Source of the DNA: a virus
Taxonomy: Duplodnaviria; Heunggongvirae; Uroviricota; Caudoviricetes
Virus record (IMG/VR): IMGVR_UViG_3300025288_001461
DNA: 10,783 nucleotides
Strand: one strand, 5' to 3'
Part shown: positions 1-9,120 of the stretch, in pieces
How positions within the stretch are numbered: position 1 is the stretch's first letter
Layout: each line of letters starts with the position of its first letter
Notes under the pieces: model-generated
What the model saw: only the letters and a program-made list of their open reading frames with translations
Database searches by the model: none
What the model was told of the DNA's origin: nothing
Position numbers and translations under genes: made by a program

Positions 1-477
1 TTAATTATTCTCAAAAATTATTCTGTTTACCAATGCATCATCCATTGCATGATGAACTCTAAGCCTATTCTTTTTATGAATTCTTCTTCCTACATTCTTA
101 ATCCTTCTTTTTAGATTTTTCCAAAAACTCAAAACCTCATATGAACAATTTTGAGGTAAACCATTAGGAAATAAACATTCTAATTGAATAATGTCTCTTT
201 TAGAATCACAAACTAAAACCTTAACACCATTTTCTTGAGTTAACCACTCATGTAATTTAAATCTTACTGTATCTAAATCCATAGAATAATTACCCTCTTC
301 TAAAAGTGGAATTACCATTTTTTTACAAAATTCACTACACTTATTTACATCATAATTATTAGTTATTTCTGCATAAAACTTTCTATTTCCTAAAGCATTA
401 ACTAATCCAATAGAAATTATTTTTGCATCTAAAAATAATCCTTCAAATTCTGTGTCAAAATATATTTTTGTTATCAT
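1..477 (-). CDS. DEDDh-family 3'-5' exo(ribo)nuclease (Rv2179c/DUF5051-like)
   Basis: N-terminal IYFDTEF (ExoI D-x-E), IISIGLV..G.KFYAE and C-terminal HHAMDDA (ExoIII H-x4-D). Its ATG (477-475) overlaps the TGA of the Nudix gene (ATGA coupling). The TAA stop is at 3-1. Confidence 0.75.
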   Translation of the reverse strand: MITKIYFDTEFEGLFLDAKIISIGLVNALGNRKFYAEITNNYDVNKCSEFCKKMVIPLLEEGNYSMDLDTVRFKLHEWLTQENGVKVLVCDSKRDIIQLECLFPNGLPQNCSYEVLSFWKNLKRRIKNVGRRIHKKNRLRVHHAMDDALVNRIIFENN

Positions 478-1085
478 TTTCTTATACTACAGGCTGAAAT
501 ATATTTTCTTAAATTATTCCAAAAATTATCCGACATTTCAGTATGAGTTGGAAAACAAAATTGTTGACCAACATCTGTAAGTAAAACCTTTTGAGTTTCT
601 TCATTTGTAAAAGTTAAATCTATGTCTTTTCCCATGACTATTTCATTATAATTACAGAATACTAATGTGTTATTTTGTGGTGTTATTCTAGAGGCCATTA
701 ATGTGAAATAATCAGCATTCAAATGTAATCCAGTTTCCTCTAATGTTTCACGAGCGGCTGCTTGTTCAAATGTTTCTAAATAATCCACAAATCCACCAGG
801 TAATCCAACACCACCTCTTTGTGGATTTATATTCCTAACAATGGATAATAATTTAATTCCTGAAATTGTATCAACAGGAATTAATGCTACTGTTACTGGA
901 GTTGGGTTTTTATAAAAATTAAATAAAAACCCCTCTTTTTTTAATAAGGCACTTAGATTTTCCTGTTCTTTAAAAGAACATTTGTTTAGCATTTCTACAA
1001 TTAATGATGACTTATCATTAATGTTTATATTAGATGAGTATAATTCATCTAAAAATCTATTTATAACTTCATTATTGAATTTCAT
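474..1085 (-). CDS. Nudix hydrolase (ADP-ribose/NAD pyrophosphatase-like)
   Basis: Complete Nudix box G-FVDYL-E-TFEQAAA-RETLEETGL (GX5EX7REUXEEXGU), preceded by LPGG and FYKNPTPV. Substrate cannot be assigned from sequence. Confidence 0.9.
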   Translation of the reverse strand: MKFNNEVINRFLDELYSSNININDKSSLIVEMLNKCSFKEQENLSALLKKEGFLFNFYKNPTPVTVALIPVDTISGIKLLSIVRNINPQRGGVGLPGGFVDYLETFEQAAARETLEETGLHLNADYFTLMASRITPQNNTLVFCNYNEIVMGKDIDLTFTNEETQKVLLTDVGQQFCFPTHTEMSDNFWNNLRKYISACSIRK

Positions 1086-1171
1086 TTTTCTCTTTTATTT
1101 ATTTAGCTTAAATTATACCTTATTTTTTAAAACTTCAAAAATTATTATATAAAAAGTAATTTTTCACTAAT

Positions 1172-1185
1172 TTATGATATAATTT
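1172..1185 (+). promoter_or_regulatory. Extended -10 promoter (TG-n-TATAAT) for the 1213 ORF
   Basis: TTATGATATAATTT: TG at 1175-1176, TATAAT at 1178-1183. GGAG RBS lies downstream before ATG 1213. An identical 14-mer occurs at 9861-9874. Confidence 0.6.
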
Positions 1186-1212
1186 ATCTTCTATTATATT
1201 TTTGGAGTTTAT

Positions 1213-1683
1213 ATGCGCTTTTATGGATTCGGTAATTACTATCTTTCTTCTCTACAACAAGGTCTTCAATCTGCTCATTTGGTTGGTGAATTATTTACCC
1301 AAAATTCAATTGGTGGTTCAAAATCAAATCAGGTGTTTGATTGGGCTAAAAATCATAAAACCATGGTTTTACTAAATGGTGGTAATTCTAAAGACCTTCA
1401 AGAATTATTTGATTTTCTTAATTCAAGTGAAAACCCTTATGCTTTTGCTAAATTTCATGAAGATGAAGACTCTTTGGGGGGTGCACTTACTTATGTAGGT
1501 GTTGTTCTTCCATCATTCATCTATGACTTAGCTTATTTTATTAGAACATCTTCAAATGATTATGAGTATGATTCAGTTAATGAAGCTATTAAAAAACTTA
1601 AGCCTGTCTTAACAGTTACAAAACTTTCACAATTTGAATTTTCACTTTGTGAAAAACTTAATACATTTTCATTAGCTAAGTAA
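1213..1683 (+). CDS. Hypothetical protein, possible peptidyl-tRNA hydrolase 2 (PTH2)-like fold
   Basis: Good ORF with RBS, promoter and terminator. The pattern YLSSLQQGLQSAH ... W ... KTMVLLNGG ... FHEDEDSLGGALTYVGV parallels the PTH2 layout (L-x-MS-x-GK-x-AAQ-x-AH ... W ... K-VVL ... D ... T-x-x-G). The functional call is recall-based. Confidence 0.45.
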   Translation: MRFYGFGNYYLSSLQQGLQSAHLVGELFTQNSIGGSKSNQVFDWAKNHKTMVLLNGGNSKDLQELFDFLNSSENPYAFAKFHEDEDSLGGALTYVGVVLPSFIYDLAYFIRTSSNDYEYDSVNEAIKKLKPVLTVTKLSQFEFSLCEKLNTFSLAK

Positions 1684-1691
1684 TCAAGACT

Positions 1692-1727
1692 AGTCAATAG
1701 ATGAACAAAATACATCTATTGACTTTT
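1692..1727 (+). terminator. Intrinsic terminator hairpin
   Basis: Perfect 12-bp stem AGTCAATAGATG (1692-1703)/CATCTATTGACT (1713-1724), 9-nt loop and a short T tract, 8 nt after the stop at 1683. Confidence 0.7.
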
Positions 1728-1830
1728 AATAGTCATGTTTTAACCTATGAAAAATAATAATGTATCAAATTGATATATTTGAACTATTTTTCAATAAAAA
1801 ATAATTTCCTAAAAACATTACAAATAATTT

Positions 1831-2427
1831 ATGAATAACATTAATAAACCAACTATTTTTTTAACATCTTTTTTAATCTTAGCAATTATTGCTTATGGTT
1901 GCTTTTATTTTTTAAAGAGTAAAAAAAATAAACAATCAAGTTGGATTTTTGATAATCAAACCTTAAGCACAGGAGTAGTAATTCCACATGTCAAAACCAT
2001 ATCTTTTAAAACAACTGAATACATTTACACATCCATTGTTGATGTAAAAAATGATTTAATGCAACTCTCTGTTAAAAAAATCAACAATAATGATTCAGTT
2101 TGGTTAATTAATCAAAATAATGACTTTGACTGTATCTCCAAATTTATTGAAAAATGTTCTATTACTGTTACATTTGATAATAATCCACCAATTACATACA
2201 CATATGATGGTGGAGATAAGAAAACAATATATATCATTAATTCAAAAAATTTTATAAAAAACATTCGGAAATCTTCAGAAGTTAAAATTAGATCTGTATT
2301 TAAAAAACCTGTTATGACAAATGTAGAATCAAATAAAGAGACATTTAATTCTGGTGGAGTATTTTCTAATGTCACCAATAAAGAATACTCATTCAAAACA
2401 TTTGGATTTATCTGGAATTTAAGTTAA
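1831..2427 (+). CDS. Hypothetical membrane-anchored/exported protein
   Basis: N-terminal hydrophobic helix (IFLTSFLILAIIAYGCFYFL) followed by KSKKNK. The soluble domain has C-x6-C, ITVTFD and a terminal F..FGFIW. Confidence 0.7.
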   Translation: MNNINKPTIFLTSFLILAIIAYGCFYFLKSKKNKQSSWIFDNQTLSTGVVIPHVKTISFKTTEYIYTSIVDVKNDLMQLSVKKINNNDSVWLINQNNDFDCISKFIEKCSITVTFDNNPPITYTYDGGDKKTIYIINSKNFIKNIRKSSEVKIRSVFKKPVMTNVESNKETFNSGGVFSNVTNKEYSFKTFGFIWNLS

Positions 2428-2429
2428 TT

Positions 2430-3434
2430 CTACGATTTTAATCGTTTCACAACTTTGACTTCTTCTAATCCAAATTGATCTTCCACAACACTTGGATTTA
2501 TACCACTTAAACTTTGTTCTCTTAATGAGAAAATGTTTTTAGCTACAATATTTGTATTCTTATATGTTTGTATTTGTGGTGCTTTTACTGTTAAAAATTT
2601 TTCTTGTTCTAATATTGTCGGATTATTTTCTTGTTGTTCTCTCAATTTTTTAGTTAAATCTGCAATACGAAGTTCCATATTTAACTTTGGATTTTCTTGT
2701 AATTTCTTTTTACCTTGATTTGGAGTTGGTTTTGGTAATTTATTTTTTAGCCTTGTTTTGTTTTCCACTTTTACACTTGGTTCTATCGATTTATCATCCT
2801 TTGCATTTAGTTTGTTATCCATAGACAAAACAATATTTTCAATTTTTTTAACATCTAAATCTACAACCAAACTAGAAGGAACTTGTCCATGACCAGTCAT
2901 TGGTGTCTGTTCTAATTTAACCTCTTTAATATCTCCATCCATTTTTGCTTTAATTAATAATTCATTAATTAATAATTCTTCATTAATATTAATTTTCTCT
3001 TGTGGCTTAACATCTAACTTTGGTTTCTTTGGTTTTTTTGATTTTTTTATTCCAAATTCATCACCTAAATCATTTTTATCTACTAGATTTAAAAACACTC
3101 CAAAATCTTTCACCTTATGTTCTAATTTTAAATGACTTTCTGTTTTTAATAAAACATCACTTGTATGTTCAAAAGAAAAATCTTTTTGCTCTAAAGACAT
3201 ACCTATTTCTATTAATTTTTTCTTTGATATATCATTAGTTAAATCTGTCACATTCAATAATTTATTTGTCTTATATAATTTAACTATATATTCCAACCCT
3301 TTCACATGCAACATTAACAATTCATGGTCTGATTCGAGTGTCTTTTTTAAAGAAGGATTTTCATATAAGGCGAGAAGATGATTGTGGTGTGACTCCAAAT
3401 CTTTTATATTTTTATATTTTAATACTTTTACCAT
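2430..3434 (-). CDS. Hypothetical Lys/Glu-rich, partly low-complexity protein
   Basis: Long ORF. The start is more likely ATG 3434 (MVKVLK), which has a GGAG RBS upstream, than 3482. Contains Lys/Pro-rich patches (KKPKKPKLDVKPQ, KLPKPTPNQ). Confidence 0.7.
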   Translation of the reverse strand: MVKVLKYKNIKDLESHHNHLLALYENPSLKKTLESDHELLMLHVKGLEYIVKLYKTNKLLNVTDLTNDISKKKLIEIGMSLEQKDFSFEHTSDVLLKTESHLKLEHKVKDFGVFLNLVDKNDLGDEFGIKKSKKPKKPKLDVKPQEKININEELLINELLIKAKMDGDIKEVKLEQTPMTGHGQVPSSLVVDLDVKKIENIVLSMDNKLNAKDDKSIEPSVKVENKTRLKNKLPKPTPNQGKKKLQENPKLNMELRIADLTKKLREQQENNPTILEQEKFLTVKAPQIQTYKNTNIVAKNIFSLREQSLSGINPSVVEDQFGLEEVKVVKRLKS

Positions 3435-3536
3435 AACAGCTCCATTATATATTAATTGTAATATATAAAATAATAAATTCAATACATTTGTATATATTTC
3501 TATATCAAAATATATTGATATGTTTTTTCCCTTTCT

Positions 3537-3545
3537 TGCTATAAT
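3537..3545 (+). promoter_or_regulatory. Extended -10 promoter candidate
   Basis: TG-C-TATAAT at 3537-3545, with TTGATA at 3515-3520, pointing at ATG 3559. Confidence 0.4.
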
Positions 3546-3558
3546 TTATATATTAACA

Positions 3559-3829
3559 ATGATTTTTTAATTATAATTGTTTTGAAAATAATCAAGAAAT
3601 ATTTTATGATTTTAAACTTAAAAATAAAAAATTATTTATTGAATCATGTGTGGACTACTTTATTTCTAATGAGTATTTTTTTGAAAATAAATTCTTTATT
3701 ATTGAATCATTTATTAATCATGCCAAACACGATATTGATAATGAGAAGATTATTTATTTTGATAAATTTGATTTTTCAGGTTCTAGTATTTTAAATAGAA
3801 ATGAAACTGAAAAAATACATAAAAAATAA
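3559..3829 (+). pseudogene. Frameshifted/decayed ORF missing from the ORF track
   Basis: ATG 3559 is followed by a T6 run (3563-3568) giving ATG ATT TTT TAA. Removing one T joins it to a stop-free frame of about 88 codons (NYNCFENNQEIFYDFKLKNKKLFIESCVDYF...EKIHKK, TAA 3827-3829) that reads like the coding DNA of this window. Confidence 0.4.
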
Positions 3830-3912
3830 ACAAAAAGAATACCTTCACTATAAAGAATCTATATTATAAAAACAAATGCCTATAAAAAAGGATACTTATC
3901 GTAGTAAAATAA

Positions 3913-4479
3913 TTAAAGTTTAAATCTAGGCTTAAATTTTTCTTCATTATTACTTATTTTGTTAATATTTTTATTTAAAAAATTATATTCTTTAATAATT
4001 TTTTTATTTTTCTCATATTCATAAAATTCTTCTTTTAAATCACCAACTAACATAGTTTTACATTTTTTTACTTTTATTTCTAATAGGTTCAAATTCATGT
4101 TTTTATTTACAAAATACCATTTTTTATTTTTTAGATTATAAAGATAATCATATTCTTGGGATAAGTCACTATTTAAATAGTGTTCTAATGAAGCAAAAAC
4201 TTTAGCCCTTGTGTTATTTTTATCTTCACCACGATCTCTATAGTAAGAAACAGTAATATCTGCTTCTCTATTATCAAAGGAATGTTTGCCTTTTGGAATA
4301 ATTTCCTTACCTAAAGATGAAATATCACCCAAATCAATTAATCCTTTGATTTTATCTTTGTCTTTATAATGAAGGAACAAAATTGCACCATTATATTCAA
4401 TATATCCATCATTATGACAATAAATTGTCTCAACTGAATCATCTTCTTTTATAATTGAAATTGTGCTATTTGTGCTCAC
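3913..4479 (-). CDS. Conserved phage-type hypothetical protein (MST..IYCH.DGY / YxRDRGE family) with basic C-terminal extension
   Basis: Motifs IYCHNDGY..G.IL..HY, LIDLGDISSL, YYRDRGE and EYDYLY...W match a family I recall from phage genomes (unverified). GTG start with AAGG RBS. Confidence 0.7.
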   Translation of the reverse strand: MSTNSTISIIKEDDSVETIYCHNDGYIEYNGAILFLHYKDKDKIKGLIDLGDISSLGKEIIPKGKHSFDNREADITVSYYRDRGEDKNNTRAKVFASLEHYLNSDLSQEYDYLYNLKNKKWYFVNKNMNLNLLEIKVKKCKTMLVGDLKEEFYEYEKNKKIIKEYNFLNKNINKISNNEEKFKPRFKL

Positions 4480-4524
4480 ATTTAAACCTTTATACTATTT
4501 ATTTATTTATATTAAATATGTAGT

Positions 4525-4537
4525 AATTATATCATAA
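4525..4537 (-). promoter_or_regulatory. Extended -10 promoter for the 4479 ORF
   Basis: The reverse complement reads TTATGATATAATT, matching 13 nt of the motif at 1172 and 9861. Confidence 0.6.
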
Positions 4538-4638
4538 AAACAAAAAATGACTAATTCTTGTATATTGAAAATAATTACCAATTAAATTTAATATAACTTT
4601 TCACTGTCCAATTTTCAATAAAGTTACTAACAAACAAA

Positions 4639-5916
4639 TTATTTTAATAAAGTCTGTTCTCTTTCTGGACCTGTTGAAATAATAGAGATTTTAACTTCTA
4701 ATTTTTTTTCTAAATAATCAAAATAAGTTTTAGCTTTCTTTGGTAACTTATTATAATCACTTATAGATTGAGTTGTTTCTAACCAACCTTTAAATGTTTT
4801 ATATACAGGTGTTAATTTACTTATTTTTTCAATTGAAAATGGCAATACATCAATTTTATTTTCCTGTTCATCTACATAATGTGTGCACACCTGTATTTCA
4901 TCAAACTTATCAAGAATATCCATCTTTGTTATTGCAAGATCGGTAATTCCATTAATTTGAATTGCTCTTTTTAATGCAGGAATATCAAACCAACCACATC
5001 TTCTTGGACGACCTGTTGTTGCACCATACTCTCCACCTAAATCTCTAATTTTTTGACCGACTTCATTATCTTGCTCAGTTGGAAATAGCCCAGAACCAAC
5101 TCTTGTGCAATAAGCCTTAGCAACACCAATTACTTTATATCCACCTGACATACCTAATCCCGAACCTGATGCCGCTTGAGAAGCAACACAATGTGATGAA
5201 GTTACATAAGGATATGTTCCAAAACTAACATCCAACATTGCACCTTGTGCTCCTTCAAACAAAAGTGGTATCTTTTTTTGTTGTAATTTAAATAATTGAT
5301 TTGGAACATCTGAAACAAAGTTTTTAATTTTTTTAGATTGAGCAATCAATTCTTTTAATTCCTTGGTTATATTTAACTTTTGAATTGCTTCAGATTCAGG
5401 ATAAATACTTTTGTAATAAGCAATTAAATTTTCTAATCTATCTTTTAGTGATGACTCATAGAGGTGATGAACTCTAACAGACCTTCTACCTACATTATCT
5501 TCATAAGCTGGACCAATTCCACGACCTGTTGTTCCTATTTTGGCAGAACCAGTTTTTCTCGCTTCTGAAGCCTGGTCAACCAAACTATGAACATTTAAAA
5601 TTAGTGGACAATTTTCTGCGATAAAAAATCTTCCTTCAATATTAACATTTTCCTTATTTAATCCTTCTATTTCTTTTAATAGTGCATCTAAACTTACGAC
5701 AACTCCACTTCCTATATAGCAATTTATATCAGAATGAAGAACTCCTGATGGAATTAAGTGCAATACTGTTTTTTTCCCATCAACCCATAATGTATGACCG
5801 GCATTATGACCTCCATGGAAACGCACCACATGCTTAAAATTCTTTGCAAAATAATCAACAATTTTTCCCTTACCTTCATCACCCCATTGAGCACCAATAA
5901 TAATAGCATTTTTCAT
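4639..5916 (-). CDS. purA: Adenylosuccinate synthetase
   Basis: 425 aa with QWGDEGKG, GGHNAGHT, IGTTGRGIGPAY, FEGAQG, GTYPYVTSS, GATTGRPRRCGW, TKMD and ISTGPER. AAGGGA RBS. Confidence 0.97.
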   Translation of the reverse strand: MKNAIIIGAQWGDEGKGKIVDYFAKNFKHVVRFHGGHNAGHTLWVDGKKTVLHLIPSGVLHSDINCYIGSGVVVSLDALLKEIEGLNKENVNIEGRFFIAENCPLILNVHSLVDQASEARKTGSAKIGTTGRGIGPAYEDNVGRRSVRVHHLYESSLKDRLENLIAYYKSIYPESEAIQKLNITKELKELIAQSKKIKNFVSDVPNQLFKLQQKKIPLLFEGAQGAMLDVSFGTYPYVTSSHCVASQAASGSGLGMSGGYKVIGVAKAYCTRVGSGLFPTEQDNEVGQKIRDLGGEYGATTGRPRRCGWFDIPALKRAIQINGITDLAITKMDILDKFDEIQVCTHYVDEQENKIDVLPFSIEKISKLTPVYKTFKGWLETTQSISDYNKLPKKAKTYFDYLEKKLEVKISIISTGPEREQTLLK

Positions 5917-5993
5917 TTTAATCCCTTTATTTGTAAATCAAAACTAATATTACTTAAAATAAACTAAAAAACAATATCAATTATAAATTCATT

Positions 5994-6002
5994 TGTTATA
6001 AT
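5994..6002 (+). promoter_or_regulatory. Extended -10 promoter for the 6020 ORF
   Basis: TG-T-TATAAT followed by an AAGGA RBS and ATG 6020. Confidence 0.55.
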
Positions 6003-6019
6003 TATGAAAAGGACATACT

Positions 6020-7138
6020 ATGACAACTTATTATTTAACAAAAGAAGACTTATTAAAGATTTGTATTTTTAATGGGGTATTTTCAGAAGATGTTTCATAT
6101 AATTATTTATCTTCAGGCGATACTTCAAAAGATTTTTTTGATGAATATATCATACGAAACTTACTATATAAAAATCCTTTGTTACAAAAAGATTTTGATA
6201 ACCTTACAAAAGATAATAAATCAATTCACATTAACAGTTTTATTGATATTTTTGATGGAAAAATTAAATCTATGGATTTTTACGATACTATTTTTGGAAC
6301 TTCCTATTGTCGTGTAAAAGATAAAGATAGTAAAAGAATTAATTTTTTTAAAAAACTTTTTGAATCAGATTCTTCTCTTATTCTTGAACTTCATGACAAA
6401 CTCAAAAAAAGTGATAATGGTGAAGATTTTGCACTTCATGATGCTTATTTTCAAATACTTAAAACAAAAAAAGCTAAAGAATTAAATATTGACCATAATG
6501 AAATTAGAACTAATATTGATAAATTTTCAACAAACCTTGAATTTACATATTGCAAAAAAAAGATAAATGCATATTTAAATAACTTTCCCAAAGATATTAA
6601 TTTATATAACCATATTATAAAAAATTTAGATAATGAAATTAACAGAATGGGTAGTGTTAGAGTTTTCTTAGAAGAAAAAATATCTTTATTCCCACAAAAA
6701 GTAATAGATAAACATCATCAAGAATTAATTTCATTATCTCCTTTTACTGAGGAAAAAAACTTCCATTATTCAATCAAAATAAATGCTGAGTATTTAATTT
6801 CAAATTTTAAAAAATCACAGACTGAAGCATTAGAAATAAAAAAGAATTTTCACATCGAGTTTAGTGAATTTTTATGCAATAAATTTAAAAACTGCAATAG
6901 AATCAAAATGTATCAAGGGATTGGAGTTAATTTAATTTTTCAAAATGAAAAAGACAGAGACGAAGCTATACACATTTTTAGCCTCATTTCACAAGACTTT
7001 GATTCCTTATTTGGTAATGCAAATACATCACCAGGAGCAAACTATTTTACAACCTATCTAGAACGACTTGAAGCATTAACTAAATTAAATAATGAATTAG
7101 ATATTAACCAAGGTAAAACCAAGAAAAATAAAATTTAA
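6020..7138 (+). CDS. Hypothetical protein (372 aa) with basic C-terminal tail ending KKNKI
   Basis: Long ORF with RBS and promoter. No recognisable domain. Confidence 0.8.
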   Translation: MTTYYLTKEDLLKICIFNGVFSEDVSYNYLSSGDTSKDFFDEYIIRNLLYKNPLLQKDFDNLTKDNKSIHINSFIDIFDGKIKSMDFYDTIFGTSYCRVKDKDSKRINFFKKLFESDSSLILELHDKLKKSDNGEDFALHDAYFQILKTKKAKELNIDHNEIRTNIDKFSTNLEFTYCKKKINAYLNNFPKDINLYNHIIKNLDNEINRMGSVRVFLEEKISLFPQKVIDKHHQELISLSPFTEEKNFHYSIKINAEYLISNFKKSQTEALEIKKNFHIEFSEFLCNKFKNCNRIKMYQGIGVNLIFQNEKDRDEAIHIFSLISQDFDSLFGNANTSPGANYFTTYLERLEALTKLNNELDINQGKTKKNKI

Positions 7139-7139
7139 A

Positions 7140-9020
7140 TTATATTTTAATTCTTTTCCCCTTATTTTCATTTTTATCTAATCCAACACTTAATTGTTGA
7201 GTTAAAACTCTTGCATTAAGTTCAAACATAAACTCTGTATCTTTAATGTTTTCTTTTGTAAGAACATTTAATCCATTGAAAATATTTTCCCAATCAGTAT
7301 TCTTATCACTTAAAAATGACTTATATAACCCCTTAATTGTATTAATCCAATTTTTTCTTGAATCTTTATTATTTACATATAAATCAATATCAAAATCATG
7401 CCATTTACTAATATTCGTAAATATGTGTTTTTCAAAAGCATTGGAACTATATTTATTTATAAAATAATAGAATAAAAATTCTTTTTGTTCTTTAGTATAA
7501 ATTTCATCCTGTGATTTATCAAAAATAAACCTTGGGTTAAATAACCAAAGTGATGATTCATCTATTAATCTTGCATTAACATCTAAACTTTCTAAAACGT
7601 TTAATCCAAAACAATTTTTGGCTAACCATGTTTTATTTAATATTTCTTTAATTTCTGCCTTTTGAACAGAATTTATTTCTTGCTGTCCATTGTTAATATT
7701 TTGCCAATCTGAATCAGTAATTGTAGTGAATAAATTTTTGTATCCATTTTCACTTCCTTTTTTAGCTATAGGTGATATATCTAAAATGCTAATAAACTCA
7801 TTAATTCCTATTTTCATTTCAGCTAATTTTTCAAAAAAAGTTAACCCATTTTCAAACTTTTTAAATAAAGTAAATGTTTCTGAACTATTAAATATTTTTT
7901 CTAAACGAGACTTAAATCCACGATTTATTGAAGCCTCCGGATTCTTTGAGTATTTATCAAATGGCTGAATACCTAACCGAACTAAAGCATTAATTATTTT
8001 ATCTATACCATACGTATCTTTTTCTTTTATATGTTTTATTGAAGAACTTCCGTCTTTTTTAAAAACTTCAACAAGTTTTTTATTTACTAATTTAAACATA
8101 TACTTATCATCTTCTAACAATAGATATATTAACTCATGATTTTTTACTTTATCTAAATTTTTTAAAATTATATCTCTTACTTCTTCACTTTTTTGCTTTA
8201 AATTCATTATTTTCAATAAAGCCTTATATGGACGTAAATCTTTTGAAACAAATGATAAATTAAGTAAAGAATTCTTTTGTTCTAAACTTAAAAAATCTTT
8301 TTTCTCCACAATAAAATTAGCCATATTTTTGGCTCTATAATGTTTATTAGAAGAAATATACCTTAATTCTGTTTGTATTTTTTTATAAAAATGTTCAAAC
8401 TGAGATTCACTCATATATTTTGAAATTATATTATTTTTATTATTTACCATTTTCCAATATAAATCTAAAACAACCGGATTTCTCTCTGCAATACTAAGTA
8501 TACTTTTTTCACTTGGTGGATTCACATAAGATAATCCCATATCTGTCAATGTTGTAATAGTGCTTAGTAACTTCTTATCATATGCTAATTCCAATATTGG
8601 CCAACCCTCATGTTCTAGCTTTAATATATATTCTTTTCCTAACTTATTTATAATATAAGACATTATTTTATCACTACTAAGAGACATAGAAAAATTATCT
8701 AATAAAATCATCACTTCAGGAATAAATTTAGGGTTTTTTTTGTTACTTATTTGAGTTTTATTGTTATCTTTTTTACTAAAATTACTAAATTCAGAATATT
8801 CTTTTTTTAAATCGTATCCAAAATTTTCACAAAGTTCCAATAATCCTTTTGTAGATTCAAATTCACTAGAATCTTGGGCGAATGAATTAAAAAATGTTAA
8901 CCCTTTTCCCGATAATTCATTTACATCTTTTTTAAAAATTTCAGGCTGATATTTACTTAGTAATGTAAAAACTCCTAATTTATCATTACTCAATAAATTT
9001 TCTAATTCTTTTGATAACAT
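7140..9020 (-). CDS. Hypothetical protein (626 aa) with basic C-terminal tail ending KRIKI
   Basis: Long ORF with AAGGA RBS. Probably helical; a weak ankyrin-like stretch (GWPILELAYDKKLLSTITTLTDMG) is not convincing. Confidence 0.8.
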   Translation of the reverse strand: MLSKELENLLSNDKLGVFTLLSKYQPEIFKKDVNELSGKGLTFFNSFAQDSSEFESTKGLLELCENFGYDLKKEYSEFSNFSKKDNNKTQISNKKNPKFIPEVMILLDNFSMSLSSDKIMSYIINKLGKEYILKLEHEGWPILELAYDKKLLSTITTLTDMGLSYVNPPSEKSILSIAERNPVVLDLYWKMVNNKNNIISKYMSESQFEHFYKKIQTELRYISSNKHYRAKNMANFIVEKKDFLSLEQKNSLLNLSFVSKDLRPYKALLKIMNLKQKSEEVRDIILKNLDKVKNHELIYLLLEDDKYMFKLVNKKLVEVFKKDGSSSIKHIKEKDTYGIDKIINALVRLGIQPFDKYSKNPEASINRGFKSRLEKIFNSSETFTLFKKFENGLTFFEKLAEMKIGINEFISILDISPIAKKGSENGYKNLFTTITDSDWQNINNGQQEINSVQKAEIKEILNKTWLAKNCFGLNVLESLDVNARLIDESSLWLFNPRFIFDKSQDEIYTKEQKEFLFYYFINKYSSNAFEKHIFTNISKWHDFDIDLYVNNKDSRKNWINTIKGLYKSFLSDKNTDWENIFNGLNVLTKENIKDTEFMFELNARVLTQQLSVGLDKNENKGKRIKI

Positions 9021-9083
9021 ATATTTCCTTCTTTTATTGCTTTTATTTATTATATATAAAAAATAATAAAATTCAAAAAATCA

Positions 9084-9092
9084 TGTTATAAT
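9084..9092 (+). promoter_or_regulatory. Extended -10 promoter for the 9121 ORF
   Basis: TG-T-TATAAT about 30 nt upstream of ATG 9121. Confidence 0.55.
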
Positions 9093-9120
9093 CCAACTTA
9101 AACAAACATTAGAATATTAT

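Noticed and set aside
4564-4626. Inverted repeats ATTGAAAAT/ATTTTCAAT and TAACTTT/AAAGTTA downstream of purA
   Set aside because: The stems are short and AT-only with long loops, which is expected by chance at this composition. A weak terminator cannot be excluded.
4639-5916. PurZ / 2-aminoadenine (Z-genome) system
   Set aside because: The protein has the PurA Asp in GDEGKG and TTGRPRR rather than the PurZ-type GSTGKG substitution. No dATPase or DUF550/MazZ gene is adjacent.
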